64,000 bases of DNA, taken from Opitutia bacterium. GTDB taxonomy: Bacteria > Verrucomicrobiota > Verrucomicrobiia > Opitutales > Seribacteraceae. The notes beneath the pieces are model-generated. The model had not been told where the DNA came from and ran no database searches. It saw nothing but the letters and a program-made list of their open reading frames with translations. Location of the stretch: positions 4,692 to 68,691 of the forward strand of contig PBMI01000055.1 in NCBI GenBank assembly GCA_002722545.1, given 5' to 3'. Shown piece after piece: positions 19,214-29,632 of the stretch. The position numbers and the translations under genes were made by a program. Each line of letters opens with the position of its first letter. Position 1 is the first letter of the stretch.

Positions 19214-20455
19214 CTAGGCTACCACGCGCATTACAAAATCCCACTTGCGAAATTGCGAACCAAGAATGACATTGAAAAGCCTCGAGCCAATTCCGTAGAT
19301 GCTGCCAACGACCTTGTACAGCGCTGCGTATTCCGAAGTGTGGTCGTGGCCCTTGGGGATCACAAGCCAGTTCATGGCCACGAAGCGCTCCTTCATCTTG
19401 GCAAGCGGCCACGTGAAGGCGTGCGTGATCCCCTTCTCCCGCATGATCGCGTCAATGGTTTCGAAAAGCATCTGGATGAATCCGCTGGTTCTCTGCGGCG
19501 GCGCGCACGTGCCCGGCAGGTAGAAGGCCGACCGCGAGATCCCGTAAGGCATCAACCCTTTCATGCCCTCCAAGGGCGCGCGCGCGTACGTCACAAAGAT
19601 GTGCCCCATGAAGGCGCCGCGCGTCGTGGCAATGAGCAGCTCGCGGTCAAAGCCGGGATGACCCGCCATCGGCGCCGGCTCTTCCACAATCATCTCCACG
19701 ATGCCGCCCATTGTGTCCATGTACGGGTTCGTCGACTTGCGGCTGCCGTTATGCGCGTAGAACGGGTGCAAGGGCGTGCCGGAGCACACGCGCGCTAGCG
19801 CCTCGCGCGCGATCTCGACGCGACCCTTGCGAATCAGCTCGGCGTGAATATCGGCGCAGCGCTTCGCCGGGTATTTCTTAAGGTTGACGAGCGGGCCGCC
19901 CCACGTCACGTTTGGTGGGCCTGCCACGTTGATGGCCAGGATTGCCATGGCCAAGTAGTGGCCAAAGAAGGTGAGCACCTCGTTGTAGCTCAGCTCGCGC
20001 TCCGACGGCAATTGGAGCAGGTTGTGCATTCGCGCTGCCAGCGAGGTCACGGTGAACACCTCGGTGTCGCTCAGGACAAAGGCGCCGAGCGAATCGAGCG
20101 TCGCGCTCCACACGTCAAGCGGCTTTAAAGCGTCCTCGGGCTGCGGCAGGATGGTCACCCTGCGCACAACAACACTCGCTGCTTGCTTGGTCGGCGATTC
20201 CGTGGATAGGCCTTCCATGAGGCGGTCCACCCCTCGTAAGGCCTCTCGGTCGAACACCAGATCTGCGGGTGGCGGCGATGCGTCGTCCTCACGCTCGCGC
20301 TTTGTAGCAAGCGGATCTTCACCCTCGTCGTCTGAAAAGGCCAGGTCACCCGTGGCTGCAAACGATGACTGCAAAACGTCGTCGGCAAATACCTTGTCAA
20401 CTGCACTTTCGAGCTGCGGCAGCCTCGTGGCCGCCGAGTTACGAACAAACTTCAT
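19214..20455 (-). CDS. Hypothetical protein, C-terminus possibly GNAT-like
   Basis: Long ORF. The pattern GHIFV...RTSGFIQMLFETI..IMREKGITHAFTW loosely resembles an acetyltransferase fold. Confidence 0.55.
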   Translation of the reverse strand: MKFVRNSAATRLPQLESAVDKVFADDVLQSSFAATGDLAFSDDEGEDPLATKREREDDASPPPADLVFDREALRGVDRLMEGLSTESPTKQAASVVVRRVTILPQPEDALKPLDVWSATLDSLGAFVLSDTEVFTVTSLAARMHNLLQLPSERELSYNEVLTFFGHYLAMAILAINVAGPPNVTWGGPLVNLKKYPAKRCADIHAELIRKGRVEIAREALARVCSGTPLHPFYAHNGSRKSTNPYMDTMGGIVEMIVEEPAPMAGHPGFDRELLIATTRGAFMGHIFVTYARAPLEGMKGLMPYGISRSAFYLPGTCAPPQRTSGFIQMLFETIDAIMREKGITHAFTWPLAKMKERFVAMNWLVIPKGHDHTSEYAALYKVVGSIYGIGSRLFNVILGSQFRKWDFVMRVVA

Positions 20456-20799
20456 GCACACACGCGCCTCTTTACTACCGCCCTGCCCTGACCAGTGTTA
20501 TCGCGACAACCCCTCACAAAAAGCGGGCATGGCCGTGCCTACGCGACTTCTAGACGTCTTGCCGTCCCGCATTGACGCGGTTCTTGGGCTGTTCAATGCA
20601 CGTCTCCCGCAAAAAGTCCTTAGAGCCAGTAGCGGGTAGCAACACAAAAATAACTGTTGCGCCTCGTGTTTTTGCAGTGTGCAACTTGCAAACTGGTCAC
20701 GTGTAAGCCCGGTGAGCGCGCAACGTTTGCCCATTGTTGCGCCGCGGTTGCACAGGTGTGCAATCTGTATCTTACCACACGCAGCAGGGACTCTTGGTC

Positions 20800-21663
20800 A
20801 TGGCTGAGACGCGTGGTAGCAAGCGCAAGGCGCTTGCGGAGGAAACCGTGGAGAACGAGGAGGCGCGGCCAGAACCGATTCCTGACAAAGTGCAGAAGGT
20901 GGCGGTGGCGCGCCTCAAGGCGCACATCGCTTCCACGAAGAACTTTATCGACTGGCTCAAGGACGAGTGGATGTGTCCCATCACATACGAGTTGCCCATA
21001 GACCCTGTTGAGGCTGAGGATGGCAAGTGCTACGAGCGCGCCGCCATTGAGAAGTACTTTGCCACGCAACCGGACGGACCTACGTGCCTCTCGCCCGTGA
21101 CGCGCACGACGATTGGAAAGCGGCTAGTTCCAAACGAATGGAGGGCCGAGGCCATTCACAAGATGATGACGGCTCGGGCAGTCGTTGACGAGAAAAGTGG
21201 AAAAGCGTGGGTAGAGGCAAGGCAGCGATTGATGCAGATGCAGGCGCTGCAGGCAAAGGCGAATGCGGGCGACGCGCGGGCGATGGGAAGCCTTGGCTTC
21301 TCGTATCGCGACGGCACGCGTGGGTTTGAAGTGGACAAGGCAGCGGCGTTTGAGTGGTTTAAGAAAGCCGCCATTCTCCGGGACCCGCCCGCGGCTACCG
21401 CGTGCGCCATCGCGTACATCAAGGGCGATGGTGTTGCGCGCAACCTCTCGCGCGCCATCAGCATGCTCACGTTTGCGGCAACGCTCGGCTCGGAGCACGC
21501 GTGCGCGATTCTTGGGCAGTCGAACCAGCGCGGCCACCACGGCTTTGAACAAAACTTTGAAGAGGCTACCTACTGGTACAAGGAGATGGGCAAGTGCAAG
21601 ATCCGCGACTCGGTGGACGCCTACCGCGATCGCGCGTCGGAGTGGCTTCGCCACGAATCATAA
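20800..21663 (+). CDS. U-box + SEL1-repeat protein
   Basis: U-box: CPITYELPIDPVEAEDGKCYERAAIEKY...SPVT. SEL1: AMGSLGFSYRDG..AFEWFKKAA. Confidence 0.9.
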   Translation: MAETRGSKRKALAEETVENEEARPEPIPDKVQKVAVARLKAHIASTKNFIDWLKDEWMCPITYELPIDPVEAEDGKCYERAAIEKYFATQPDGPTCLSPVTRTTIGKRLVPNEWRAEAIHKMMTARAVVDEKSGKAWVEARQRLMQMQALQAKANAGDARAMGSLGFSYRDGTRGFEVDKAAAFEWFKKAAILRDPPAATACAIAYIKGDGVARNLSRAISMLTFAATLGSEHACAILGQSNQRGHHGFEQNFEEATYWYKEMGKCKIRDSVDAYRDRASEWLRHES

Positions 21664-21906
21664 AAAAAGGAGCAATGTGGGAGGGTGGTGTGAGAAGGGT
21701 GAGCGGGGAAGAGTGGAAGGGGAGTGGGACGTGTCAGTTTCTTTTAATTGCCAGAAGGGCAATTGCGTGTCTTAAAACCTCGCAATTTGTGAGCCTGGTA
21801 AGCGTGCACGCATTGCGCCCCGCTTTGGTTGCTCTAAGAGGCGCAAGTTGCGATCGGCACCTCGCCACCCGTGGCACATATCTCGAGCGGACAGCACGGG
21901 CCCGAA

Positions 21907-23019
21907 ATGGCGCCCAGCGATGAGTCCGACGAGGAGAAGTTGCCGCGTTTGGCGCTTGCGGCGCCGAAACCATCCCCCCCTAAGAGAAAACCCGCTCGAG
22001 GCAAGGCCATTTTGTCGGGGCGCGCGCGCGCGATTGCCAGGACAAAGAAGCACCGAGCGCTTTCTCCGAGCGAGGCGCTCTACATTGTTGCTACTGAGGC
22101 GGGTTTTGACAGCGTCGAGGCCTACCAACTCGATTGCGAGCGCCAGGACAACATCTTTAAGGCAAAGGATCAGGCCAGTAAGAACATGCACATGACGTAC
22201 GTGTGCCCGCTCACGCACGGCTTCTTTCTCAATCCCGTGCAGTGGGGCGACGGCCACACCTACGAGGAGAGCGCGCTCAAGGAATACATGGAGCATCAGT
22301 CTCCGCCGTACAAGTCGCCGATCACCAAGGAGATCCTCCTCGACTCTGAATACATACCCAACATCGCGCTGCGCAACGCGCTTGCGCACGCGATCGAGGC
22401 GGGTGTGCTCACGGGCGGGCTGGTAGATGAATACAAAGATGGCTTAAAGAAGCGTGAGGAGGACGCAAAGATCCTTGCCGCGATCAAAGTGCGCGCCGAG
22501 CGTTTAGACAGAGATGCGCTCAAGACGCTTGGCTTTGTCTACTACCACGGTATGTACGGCACAAAGAAGGATGCGGGGAAGGCGTTTACAACCTTCAAAA
22601 AAGCAGCCGAGCTAGACGATTCGACCGCGATGTCCATGTATGGCACCATGCTTGTGGATGGCATAGGCACTATGCCGCGGCCCTCGATGGGTATGGCTTT
22701 TGTAGGCATGGCTGCTAGCAAGGGATCCGAGCATGCGATTTCATTAATTGCTCACTCGTACCAAACGGGAACGCGAGGCTTCATCAAGAACCAACACGAG
22801 GCTATGCGTTGGTTCTCTATGATGGCCTCGGCCACGCACAAGGACGCTGATACACGGGTTCGCAAGCTCTGCAACGAACTTTTTGGGGCTCTGATTGCCT
22901 TGGATCAGTCTCCGCGGGATGAAGAGGGCAACGACAGTGCCGGTCCGTTTACGCCGCCGTATTCGCCCAGGTCGCCGGAGGTTCCAACCCGAGGTTTGTC
23001 CACGCCTTTGCGCTTCTGA
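21907..23019 (+). CDS. U-box + SEL1-repeat protein, tandem paralogue
   Basis: U-box: CPLTHGFFLNPVQWGDGHTYEESAL..SPIT..PNIALR. SEL1: LGFVYYHG..AFTTFKKAA. Confidence 0.9.
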   Translation: MAPSDESDEEKLPRLALAAPKPSPPKRKPARGKAILSGRARAIARTKKHRALSPSEALYIVATEAGFDSVEAYQLDCERQDNIFKAKDQASKNMHMTYVCPLTHGFFLNPVQWGDGHTYEESALKEYMEHQSPPYKSPITKEILLDSEYIPNIALRNALAHAIEAGVLTGGLVDEYKDGLKKREEDAKILAAIKVRAERLDRDALKTLGFVYYHGMYGTKKDAGKAFTTFKKAAELDDSTAMSMYGTMLVDGIGTMPRPSMGMAFVGMAASKGSEHAISLIAHSYQTGTRGFIKNQHEAMRWFSMMASATHKDADTRVRKLCNELFGALIALDQSPRDEEGNDSAGPFTPPYSPRSPEVPTRGLSTPLRF

Positions 23020-23208
23020 CGACTCGTCTCTCCGGTGCCTGGTTGCGTTTCGTGGAGAAGCGCAAGTCCTGCACGCGCGCGCGTGTGCGTGTGCGTCTAC
23101 TTACTAAAAAGGCACCGCAAGCGCTCGCTTTGACGCGCATTTGAAATGATAAGGTTGTGGCGTGCATGTGTGGGCGTGAGATAGGGCGAGTTGTAGCAGG
23201 CGCGCGAG

Positions 23209-23925
23209 ATGCTTCCTAATCTAAAAGCCCTCTCCGTGCGCAATCCTTCCGCGACGGCTGGTTTCTATTGGCCCACCAGCGAGGAATTGCCGACCCTGAA
23301 CGATGACCCGATCACGCTAGGGCCACCTGTGCAGCCCGTGTCTTTTCGCGTTTCGCTTGCATCCAGGGGGCCCAACAACGAACCGCGCTACAAGTTTTTT
23401 GACCCGCTTGCGCTTTGGACGTGGATCAAGGAGAACAACTCACTGCCGGGGCGAGAAGGTCCCATATGGTACGAAGATTGGTGGGAACTGTGCAACAGAT
23501 ACAATCCCAACCACCTGAACGTGCCGGAATTTGCATTTCATCTCAGTAGCGAGGCAGAGCACCGACATTTAGAGGAAGTCAAGCTCGCCCAGGCCGAGGC
23601 CGAAGCCGCTAGCAAAGCCGCCGAAGAAGCGCGCGCGCGCGCGCGCCGGCTTGACCGGGAGGCGCAAGAGGCCGAGGAGCGCGCAAGCGAGGCGCTCGCG
23701 CGCGTAAACAACCCGGGCATAGATGGCGACGACTACCCCGGAAGACAGCCCCCGGTCTACCGCCAGCCACTCGGCGAGCAGCCCCCGCTCCACCGCCCGC
23801 CACTCAACGAATGGCGTCAGTGGAACGACGATGAGGAACCGGAAGCGGTTTACCGCCAGCCACTCAACGAGCGGCCCGAGCCACGCTATTTGAGTATGGC
23901 TTCACGGATGCCCCCGCCACAATGA
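23209..23925 (+). CDS. Leader-bearing protein with degenerate U-box/RING-like domain and coiled coil
   Basis: MLPNLKALSV leader; DPITL...FDPLALWTWI..LPGREGPI; xYRQPL repeats. Confidence 0.6.
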   Translation: MLPNLKALSVRNPSATAGFYWPTSEELPTLNDDPITLGPPVQPVSFRVSLASRGPNNEPRYKFFDPLALWTWIKENNSLPGREGPIWYEDWWELCNRYNPNHLNVPEFAFHLSSEAEHRHLEEVKLAQAEAEAASKAAEEARARARRLDREAQEAEERASEALARVNNPGIDGDDYPGRQPPVYRQPLGEQPPLHRPPLNEWRQWNDDEEPEAVYRQPLNERPEPRYLSMASRMPPPQ

Positions 23926-24312
23926 ACCCGCTTGCCGCAGTCTCTGCTAGCAGACGCGCAAGAACGACGGTCTTGCGAGCGTTTCCCGTAGCGGTGCATC
24001 CGTTCAACGCGGTCTGGTAACTCTGAACGAGTAGCGGTGCGTACTTGGCAGCTCTGGTTGTCTATCAAACCTGGAAATCTTTTAATGTGTGGGTGTCAGT
24101 GCGAGAGCGCGTCGTACTAGCACCTTGTAAGACAAGCACGTGCGCACTTGTTTGCTTTCCCTTTCTCTCACACCGTGTCTCGTTGCGGGAGCAATCGGTA
24201 TCTTAGTAACTGCTTGCCCCTAGCAACCAGCAAGCCTGGTGCGAGACCAGGGAAGGTTGCGCATCTGGTAGCGCCCTAGCAGTTGCCCCCCCCCCTTCTT
24301 TACCACAGAGGT

Positions 24313-24327
24313 GCAATCGGTATCTTA
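24313..24327 (+). promoter_or_regulatory. Recurrent upstream motif B, GCAATCGGTATCTTA (representative copy)
   Basis: Exact at 24191, 24313, 26938, 47611 and 49880; variants at 20760, 35620 and 57222(-). Confidence 0.75.
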
Positions 24328-24394
24328 GCACACTTCAACTTTGCGACTGGTGCTCTTATTGCTACTTACCGTTACACGTATTGCCCTGGCAGTC

Positions 24395-25546
24395 ATGCTT
24401 CGCCGCCGCCAAGACGTGATCCGCCAGCAGCGCTGTCGCGAGATGCAGAGCCGCCAGAGCGCCGGTCACGGTTGCGAAGCGGAGCTTGCTGCCCGCCGCG
24501 CGGCGACCGTCGATCTCGCTCAAAGCATCAACGAAGCCGCCAAGGTAGCGAGCATGGAGCCGGGATTTCGCTCGCTCTCGGCCGCGGACGTGGAGGCCGA
24601 TCCGGCCACGCAAGAAGAGTTGCAGGAGGAGGCGGCCATGATTTACCGCTCGATCAACAACACGACGGTGCTGCCCTCTACCCCGCTTCCCGTGTCGGAG
24701 GAGGACCGCTCCGCGCTCGCCACGCTTCGCAAGCTCGAGAACCCTCCCAAAGACGATGCCGAAGCGGCGCGCCACATGCGCATTGCCGAGACGCTTGGCA
24801 ATACGGTGTCCGAGCAGCGCGCAAAGGCTTCAGCCGCCACGCTGCGCGAAATCGACCGCGTTTTTCTGCGCGGGCACCGTTACAACCAGAGCGGCCGCGG
24901 CCACGGCCACGAGCAGGCGCAAGAGGAAGCAACCTACCCGGTCGCCGCAACGCTCTTTCGCGGCTACAAATACTTCGCCACCTACATGCTCAAGCAGAAC
25001 GAGCAAGCGGAACGCGAGAGCGTGTTTGCCGCATGCGCGGACTTTCTTGTCGAAGAAAACGCGGTGCGCGCCCAAGCCGAAGAAGCGGCGCGGACCAATC
25101 CCACTGCCGACTGCCTGAACGAGAATTGCGTCGTGTGTTTGGGCGACAAGCCTGAAGGCGACCTGTCCGAATCCACCTCGGGCTGGACCACGCTCAAGTG
25201 CAAGCATGGCTTCTGCACCATTTGCATTCACACTTGGTACAAAGAAGGCACTCTGGGCTGCCGCTGCCCGCTGTGCAAGGCACCTGTTGAGGTGGCCATC
25301 GGTCCGCCTTTACCGTCGGTGCACGAGCGCACAAACGAAGCCGTCTACGGAGAGCGCTACGCCAATGGCGAAATGGAGGCGCCCATCTACCGCGGGCTCG
25401 GCGCCTACGACGCCGACGCTGTGCCAATGTTTACGACTCTCGGCGACTCGGGCGACGACGGCGAGCCGGTGTTTGTGAGCCTCAGCTCGTCCCCCCAGTA
25501 CCACGCGCCTCAGGTGCCCGGCTCTCGCCTCGGCCTCAGCGCCTAG
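24395..25546 (+). CDS. RING-finger (C3HC4) protein
   Basis: CVVC...CKHGFCTIC...CPLCK. Confidence 0.8.
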   Translation: MLRRRQDVIRQQRCREMQSRQSAGHGCEAELAARRAATVDLAQSINEAAKVASMEPGFRSLSAADVEADPATQEELQEEAAMIYRSINNTTVLPSTPLPVSEEDRSALATLRKLENPPKDDAEAARHMRIAETLGNTVSEQRAKASAATLREIDRVFLRGHRYNQSGRGHGHEQAQEEATYPVAATLFRGYKYFATYMLKQNEQAERESVFAACADFLVEENAVRAQAEEAARTNPTADCLNENCVVCLGDKPEGDLSESTSGWTTLKCKHGFCTICIHTWYKEGTLGCRCPLCKAPVEVAIGPPLPSVHERTNEAVYGERYANGEMEAPIYRGLGAYDADAVPMFTTLGDSGDDGEPVFVSLSSSPQYHAPQVPGSRLGLSA

Positions 25547-25685
25547 CCGAGCCGCGCGCACCCGTTGCCCTCTTTGCCCCTTTACCCTCCACCTCCTCTC
25601 ACCCCTCTAAAAAAAGTGTGCGTGTGCATGTGCCTGTGGCTACGCGTGTGCGTCTATGCCAGCGGTGTGGCGTTGAATTCAAGTT

Positions 25686-26651
25686 TCAAGAGTCTCCACA
25701 AGCGTTCTGCGCGTTTTTTGAAAGCTTTGAGAGCGATTCGGGACACCACTCGGCGAACCGTCGCGTCTGCGTCAGCCGCAGCGTTTCGTAGGTGGCATCA
25801 AAGTAGTCAAAAAAGCAGCGCCGCGCCTCGGCGATGCTCATTTCACCGCGCAGCAACCGCTCGCGGCATTGAAACTCAAGCTTAAGTCCGTGCAAGCCGT
25901 CGACGCACGCCTCACCGTTGCGGGTGGCGGCCGAGTACGACTCGAGTGCGTCCACTTCTGCGTCGTCCCGAGTGGGCTCGTTGTACGGGAAGACGGGCGC
26001 GCCCATCATCTCGGCCAAGATGTCCATTGTGCCGCCCCGCTGGTTCACGCGAAACCACTCGGCAAAGTGCGGCGGCAGGCGCACGCTCACGCATGGCTTG
26101 GCAACAAGCGCCTCTGGGTCGGATGCCACGACGCTCTTTGCGCGCCCCTGCAGCTTTTCGTGCGCGACGAAGCGCACCTCGAAGAGCGCGCTTCCGCCCA
26201 CCACGCTGCCCAGGTGCCACTCGCCCGAAATTAGCTGCGCGTCCGTGAGCTCGGAGTGCATGCGCGTGCTCGGCACAAAGATGTATTCGTCGGATTGGTC
26301 CGCCAGCGCGTTTGGGTCGGTGTACACCGTGGTGCCGCTTGGCGAAATCGTGGCGACCACCGCGTGCGCCGTAGCCAGCCACGGGGTCGTGGTAAGCCAC
26401 GTCGCTGGGTCGACTTGTAGCTTGAAGAGCTTGAAGCCGCGCACGAGCGTGCCGCCTGTGCGCTCCAGCAGCTGCCGCAGATTGGCGTGCCACGCGTCGT
26501 GCCGGCCCTCGCCCGCGCGCATGCGCCGCGGCGGAGGGTCGGTCCGCGCGCGCAGCTTTGGCAGCAGCGCGCCTTTGCGTTTGTTGTAGGTCTTGGAACT
26601 CATCGGCTGTGCGCCGCGCACGCCGGTCATGCTGTAGGCAGGCATCTGCAT
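25686..26651 (-). CDS. Hypothetical protein
   Basis: ~320 aa ORF with globular composition, filling the locus. Confidence 0.6.
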   Translation of the reverse strand: MQMPAYSMTGVRGAQPMSSKTYNKRKGALLPKLRARTDPPPRRMRAGEGRHDAWHANLRQLLERTGGTLVRGFKLFKLQVDPATWLTTTPWLATAHAVVATISPSGTTVYTDPNALADQSDEYIFVPSTRMHSELTDAQLISGEWHLGSVVGGSALFEVRFVAHEKLQGRAKSVVASDPEALVAKPCVSVRLPPHFAEWFRVNQRGGTMDILAEMMGAPVFPYNEPTRDDAEVDALESYSAATRNGEACVDGLHGLKLEFQCRERLLRGEMSIAEARRCFFDYFDATYETLRLTQTRRFAEWCPESLSKLSKNAQNACGDS

Positions 26652-26997
26652 TGGCAACGCCGCACTCGTTGCGTTGCGCGCGCCACGGGCAGCACTCCAC
26701 TAATTGCATAGCGCAGACGGCCAAAAAATCTGGCTTGGTGCGGCACGCCGCACCAGACCTTCACCGTTCTCGGGCCGTGTCAAGAAACTCGGGTGCTGAG
26801 TAACGCTGGCAAAATCATCGCCATTGCGCTGAGGGTCGCGGCTGTCACGTTTTCTATGTTCAAAGGCTCGCACTAAGTAGACCAGAGCGCCCATCCGCTT
26901 TGCTCCCGACGCTAGGAGGAGGGGGAAGGCAAGAGGAGCAATCGGTATCTTAGCAGCTGCCTGCCCTCAATTGAGCCGTGGAAACTCGGCGCGGCCA

Positions 26998-27408
26998 ATG
27001 GTGCCCCGCGCGCCCGGCGTGGACAGCCCTCTCTTTGATGAGTTCAAGGGCCGGCTGATCCTTGCTGCGCGCCGGTTTGACGCGGGGCTGTTTGGCGAGG
27101 CCGTTGTGTTTTACAAGCAGGCGCGCACCGCGCTGTGCGCGCCAAAGTTTGCCGAAGGACTTCTGAACAGCGAGACCAAGCAGGCGCTTGCGTACTGGCG
27201 CTGCCACGCCGAGGAGTGCGTTTTGGTTGCGCAGGATCGGCACGAGGCGCATAAGCGGCTCGTGAGTAAACTCAAGAACGACAAGCGTAATCCCGAGCAG
27301 AAGCGCACCCATCACCGCAAGAAGCGCGCGCGGCGTCTTAACGAGAGACGCTTGGCAAAGGAGGAGGGCTTGGTTGGAAAGGAGGTCGTGGCCAACATCA
27401 ACGCGTGA
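26998..27408 (+). CDS. Hypothetical basic helical protein
   Basis: ATG downstream of GCAATCGGTATCTTA (26938); NLS-like RKKRARR. Confidence 0.6.
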   Translation: MVPRAPGVDSPLFDEFKGRLILAARRFDAGLFGEAVVFYKQARTALCAPKFAEGLLNSETKQALAYWRCHAEECVLVAQDRHEAHKRLVSKLKNDKRNPEQKRTHHRKKRARRLNERRLAKEEGLVGKEVVANINA

Positions 27409-27523
27409 GTGCGGGGGTTGAGTAGGGTGGATATTGTTGGAAGTTCAGAGCAAATCTGTGCCGCGGACGCGGGTTTGCGACTGGTGCGGCAAGACTTGAG
27501 CGTGGCGAGGCAGGGAAGGGCAA

Positions 27524-27823
27524 ATGGGGCACAATCGCTTTACGGGCAGCGAGGACATTGCGCTGCGCAAGCTCATCGAAGCGCAGGAACGCGTAAGCTG
27601 GAGCAAGGTGGCGCAGGAACTGGAGGCGCTTGGCTTCGAGAAGCGAACGCCAAAGTCGGTGCGCAATCGCCACCTGCGCTGGAAGAGGGCCCAGAGCGGT
27701 GTGGACGGGTTGGCCAAGAACTACTGCCGTAAGTGTAAAAAAAAGCAGCGCGGACACGTGTGCGTGCTAGAGGAGGAGTGTGTGCCGGCAGGGTTCCAGA
27801 ACGACGAAAGTAAAAATGAATAA
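27524..27823 (+). CDS. Single Myb/SANT domain + CCHC zinc knuckle protein
   Basis: FTGSEDIAL..SWSKVA..RTPKSVRNR, then CRKC...GHVC. Confidence 0.8.
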   Translation: MGHNRFTGSEDIALRKLIEAQERVSWSKVAQELEALGFEKRTPKSVRNRHLRWKRAQSGVDGLAKNYCRKCKKKQRGHVCVLEEECVPAGFQNDESKNE

Positions 27824-27872
27824 TGGGTACTTGGGACTTGCAGAGTAGAAAGAAGCGCTTTACGCGAGCGCA

Positions 27873-29315
27873 ATGTCTGTGCGTCGCGACGCCCCGCTGA
27901 TTACCAAGACCTCCGCGATCAGCGTGCCGCAAACGATCAGCGACCGCCTGGGCATCGAGCAGCAATCCTCGCCTCCCAAGTGGCCAACTCCTTTCCAGCC
28001 ACAGTACAAGCAAATGCCGGTGGTTGTCAGCAGCGTGGTCAGCGACGCTTTCGACAGTTTCGACGCTGATCCGACCGGCCTTTTTGGCAAAAGCAAGGCA
28101 AAGGCGGCCGCCAGCAACCGAATGGGCGGCGCGTCCGCCAAGAAGGGAAGCTTGATGGGAAACATTCGGATTGCCAAAGACAAGGCAAACGCGGCTGTGC
28201 GCAAGGGTGTGGCGAGCGCCAAGGCGGGCGCCAAGGTGGCAAGCGCGACGGCCAAAGCGGGTGCCAAGATGGCGAGCGCGAGCGTCAAAGACGCGAGTGC
28301 AAACGCCAAGGCGGGTGCCAAGGCGTACAGCGCAGCCAGCCAGGCAAAGGCTGCAGATTTCAACGACAAGATGAGGACGGGAATGCAAAAGTTTGACTAT
28401 GCCGTCATGAACACCGACGAGTTTAACGGTGTGCTTGCCGTGGCCCGCAAGACCAACAACGGCACGGATTTGGACGCAAAAAACAACATTGTGGCGTTCA
28501 AAAAGTACAAGCACGAACGTGTGACCAATCACGCAGTGAAACAAGAGTCGCAGATGATGCACAAAGAAGGACTGGTCAAGAAGCTCAAGGGAAAGAACGA
28601 TAAGCTTGCGGCGCGCGCGGCACCGGGGCGCCACGCGGCCGTGCTGGGCTACTCGCGTGTTTCGGAGAGCAAGGAGAGCAATGCCCTGTTTGCGGACTCG
28701 ATCTTCGACCCCGATGCACCGGCGGCCGCAGGAGTGCCCACGATTGTGGAGTTGAGCAGCAAGTACGATATCAACAAGGTCAGCGGCATGCAGCCGATCA
28801 GCGCATTGGTTGTGGAGCCGCTCGACACGGACACGCTTGAAGGCTACGAGAAAGACATCTTGACGGTCACAATGCAAGCCGTGCCCGAGGCTGACATTCA
28901 AAAGGAAGTGGTCAACAGGCGGACTAGAGACCAGGTGGAGTTTGACTACACGCTTTGCGTGCACGGCCTCTACGTGGACACAAACAAGACTCTGATGGCG
29001 GGCCGCAAGATTCTGGTGTACCAGAAGGATCCCAGCGACATCACCACCTACGGAATTGCTACGCCCAGGGGCATTGAGAGCGCGCTGCACCACGCAATGG
29101 AGGGAACGGAGATCGACCTGCTCTACCTCTGGGCCTGCTTCCGCCTTGTGCAGGGCGTACACAGCCTGGCGCAAGTGAGCCTCAACGGGGCGCAAAGGGC
29201 CGCACTCAAGGAACTGCTTGGCACGAGCTTGGGCATGGCCACCCCATACAGCTTTGCCGAGGACGGGGACGACGAGTTTGACGACGTCAACCTCTTGCCC
29301 CTTAACCTGGAGTGA
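27873..29315 (+). CDS. Hypothetical protein with Ala/Lys-rich (AKAGAK) repeats
   Basis: 480 aa ATG ORF with strong GC3 bias. Confidence 0.7.
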   Translation: MSVRRDAPLITKTSAISVPQTISDRLGIEQQSSPPKWPTPFQPQYKQMPVVVSSVVSDAFDSFDADPTGLFGKSKAKAAASNRMGGASAKKGSLMGNIRIAKDKANAAVRKGVASAKAGAKVASATAKAGAKMASASVKDASANAKAGAKAYSAASQAKAADFNDKMRTGMQKFDYAVMNTDEFNGVLAVARKTNNGTDLDAKNNIVAFKKYKHERVTNHAVKQESQMMHKEGLVKKLKGKNDKLAARAAPGRHAAVLGYSRVSESKESNALFADSIFDPDAPAAAGVPTIVELSSKYDINKVSGMQPISALVVEPLDTDTLEGYEKDILTVTMQAVPEADIQKEVVNRRTRDQVEFDYTLCVHGLYVDTNKTLMAGRKILVYQKDPSDITTYGIATPRGIESALHHAMEGTEIDLLYLWACFRLVQGVHSLAQVSLNGAQRAALKELLGTSLGMATPYSFAEDGDDEFDDVNLLPLNLE

Positions 29316-29360
29316 ATGCGCAACTTGTAAACGTGTTCACTCTCGCGCAAGCGAGGCGCA

Positions 29361-29531
29361 ATGGATCCCTTGCTACCAGCGCAATTGTGGTTTTCGTCGC
29401 TTGAGTAAGTGGAGGAGCACGCGCGCCGCCGGCGCGAGGAACGAGAAAGGTGGGTGTATGAACTGGCGCCACTACCGCTGCCGGCGTCCGTGGTGGACCC
29501 TGTGAGCGTCATCGTGCTTGTGGAGTCGTAA
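29361..29531 (+). pseudogene. Small ORF interrupted by an in-frame TAA (29406)
   Basis: MDPLLPAQLWFSSLE*VEEHARRRREERERWVYELAPLPL... reads naturally across the stop. Confidence 0.35.
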
Positions 29532-29632
29532 CACTTAGACTGGTTTTTTAAAAAAAAACTTTGCGCAACCAGTTGCGCTCAAAACTTCGCGACTCTTGAC
29601 GCGACGAAGCGCACGCGCGAGCAAAACTCGCG

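Noticed and set aside
27573-29195. 540 aa minus-strand ORF, and similar long antisense ORFs such as 51903-52913
   Set aside because: Antisense shadows of GC3-biased plus-strand genes; no motifs.
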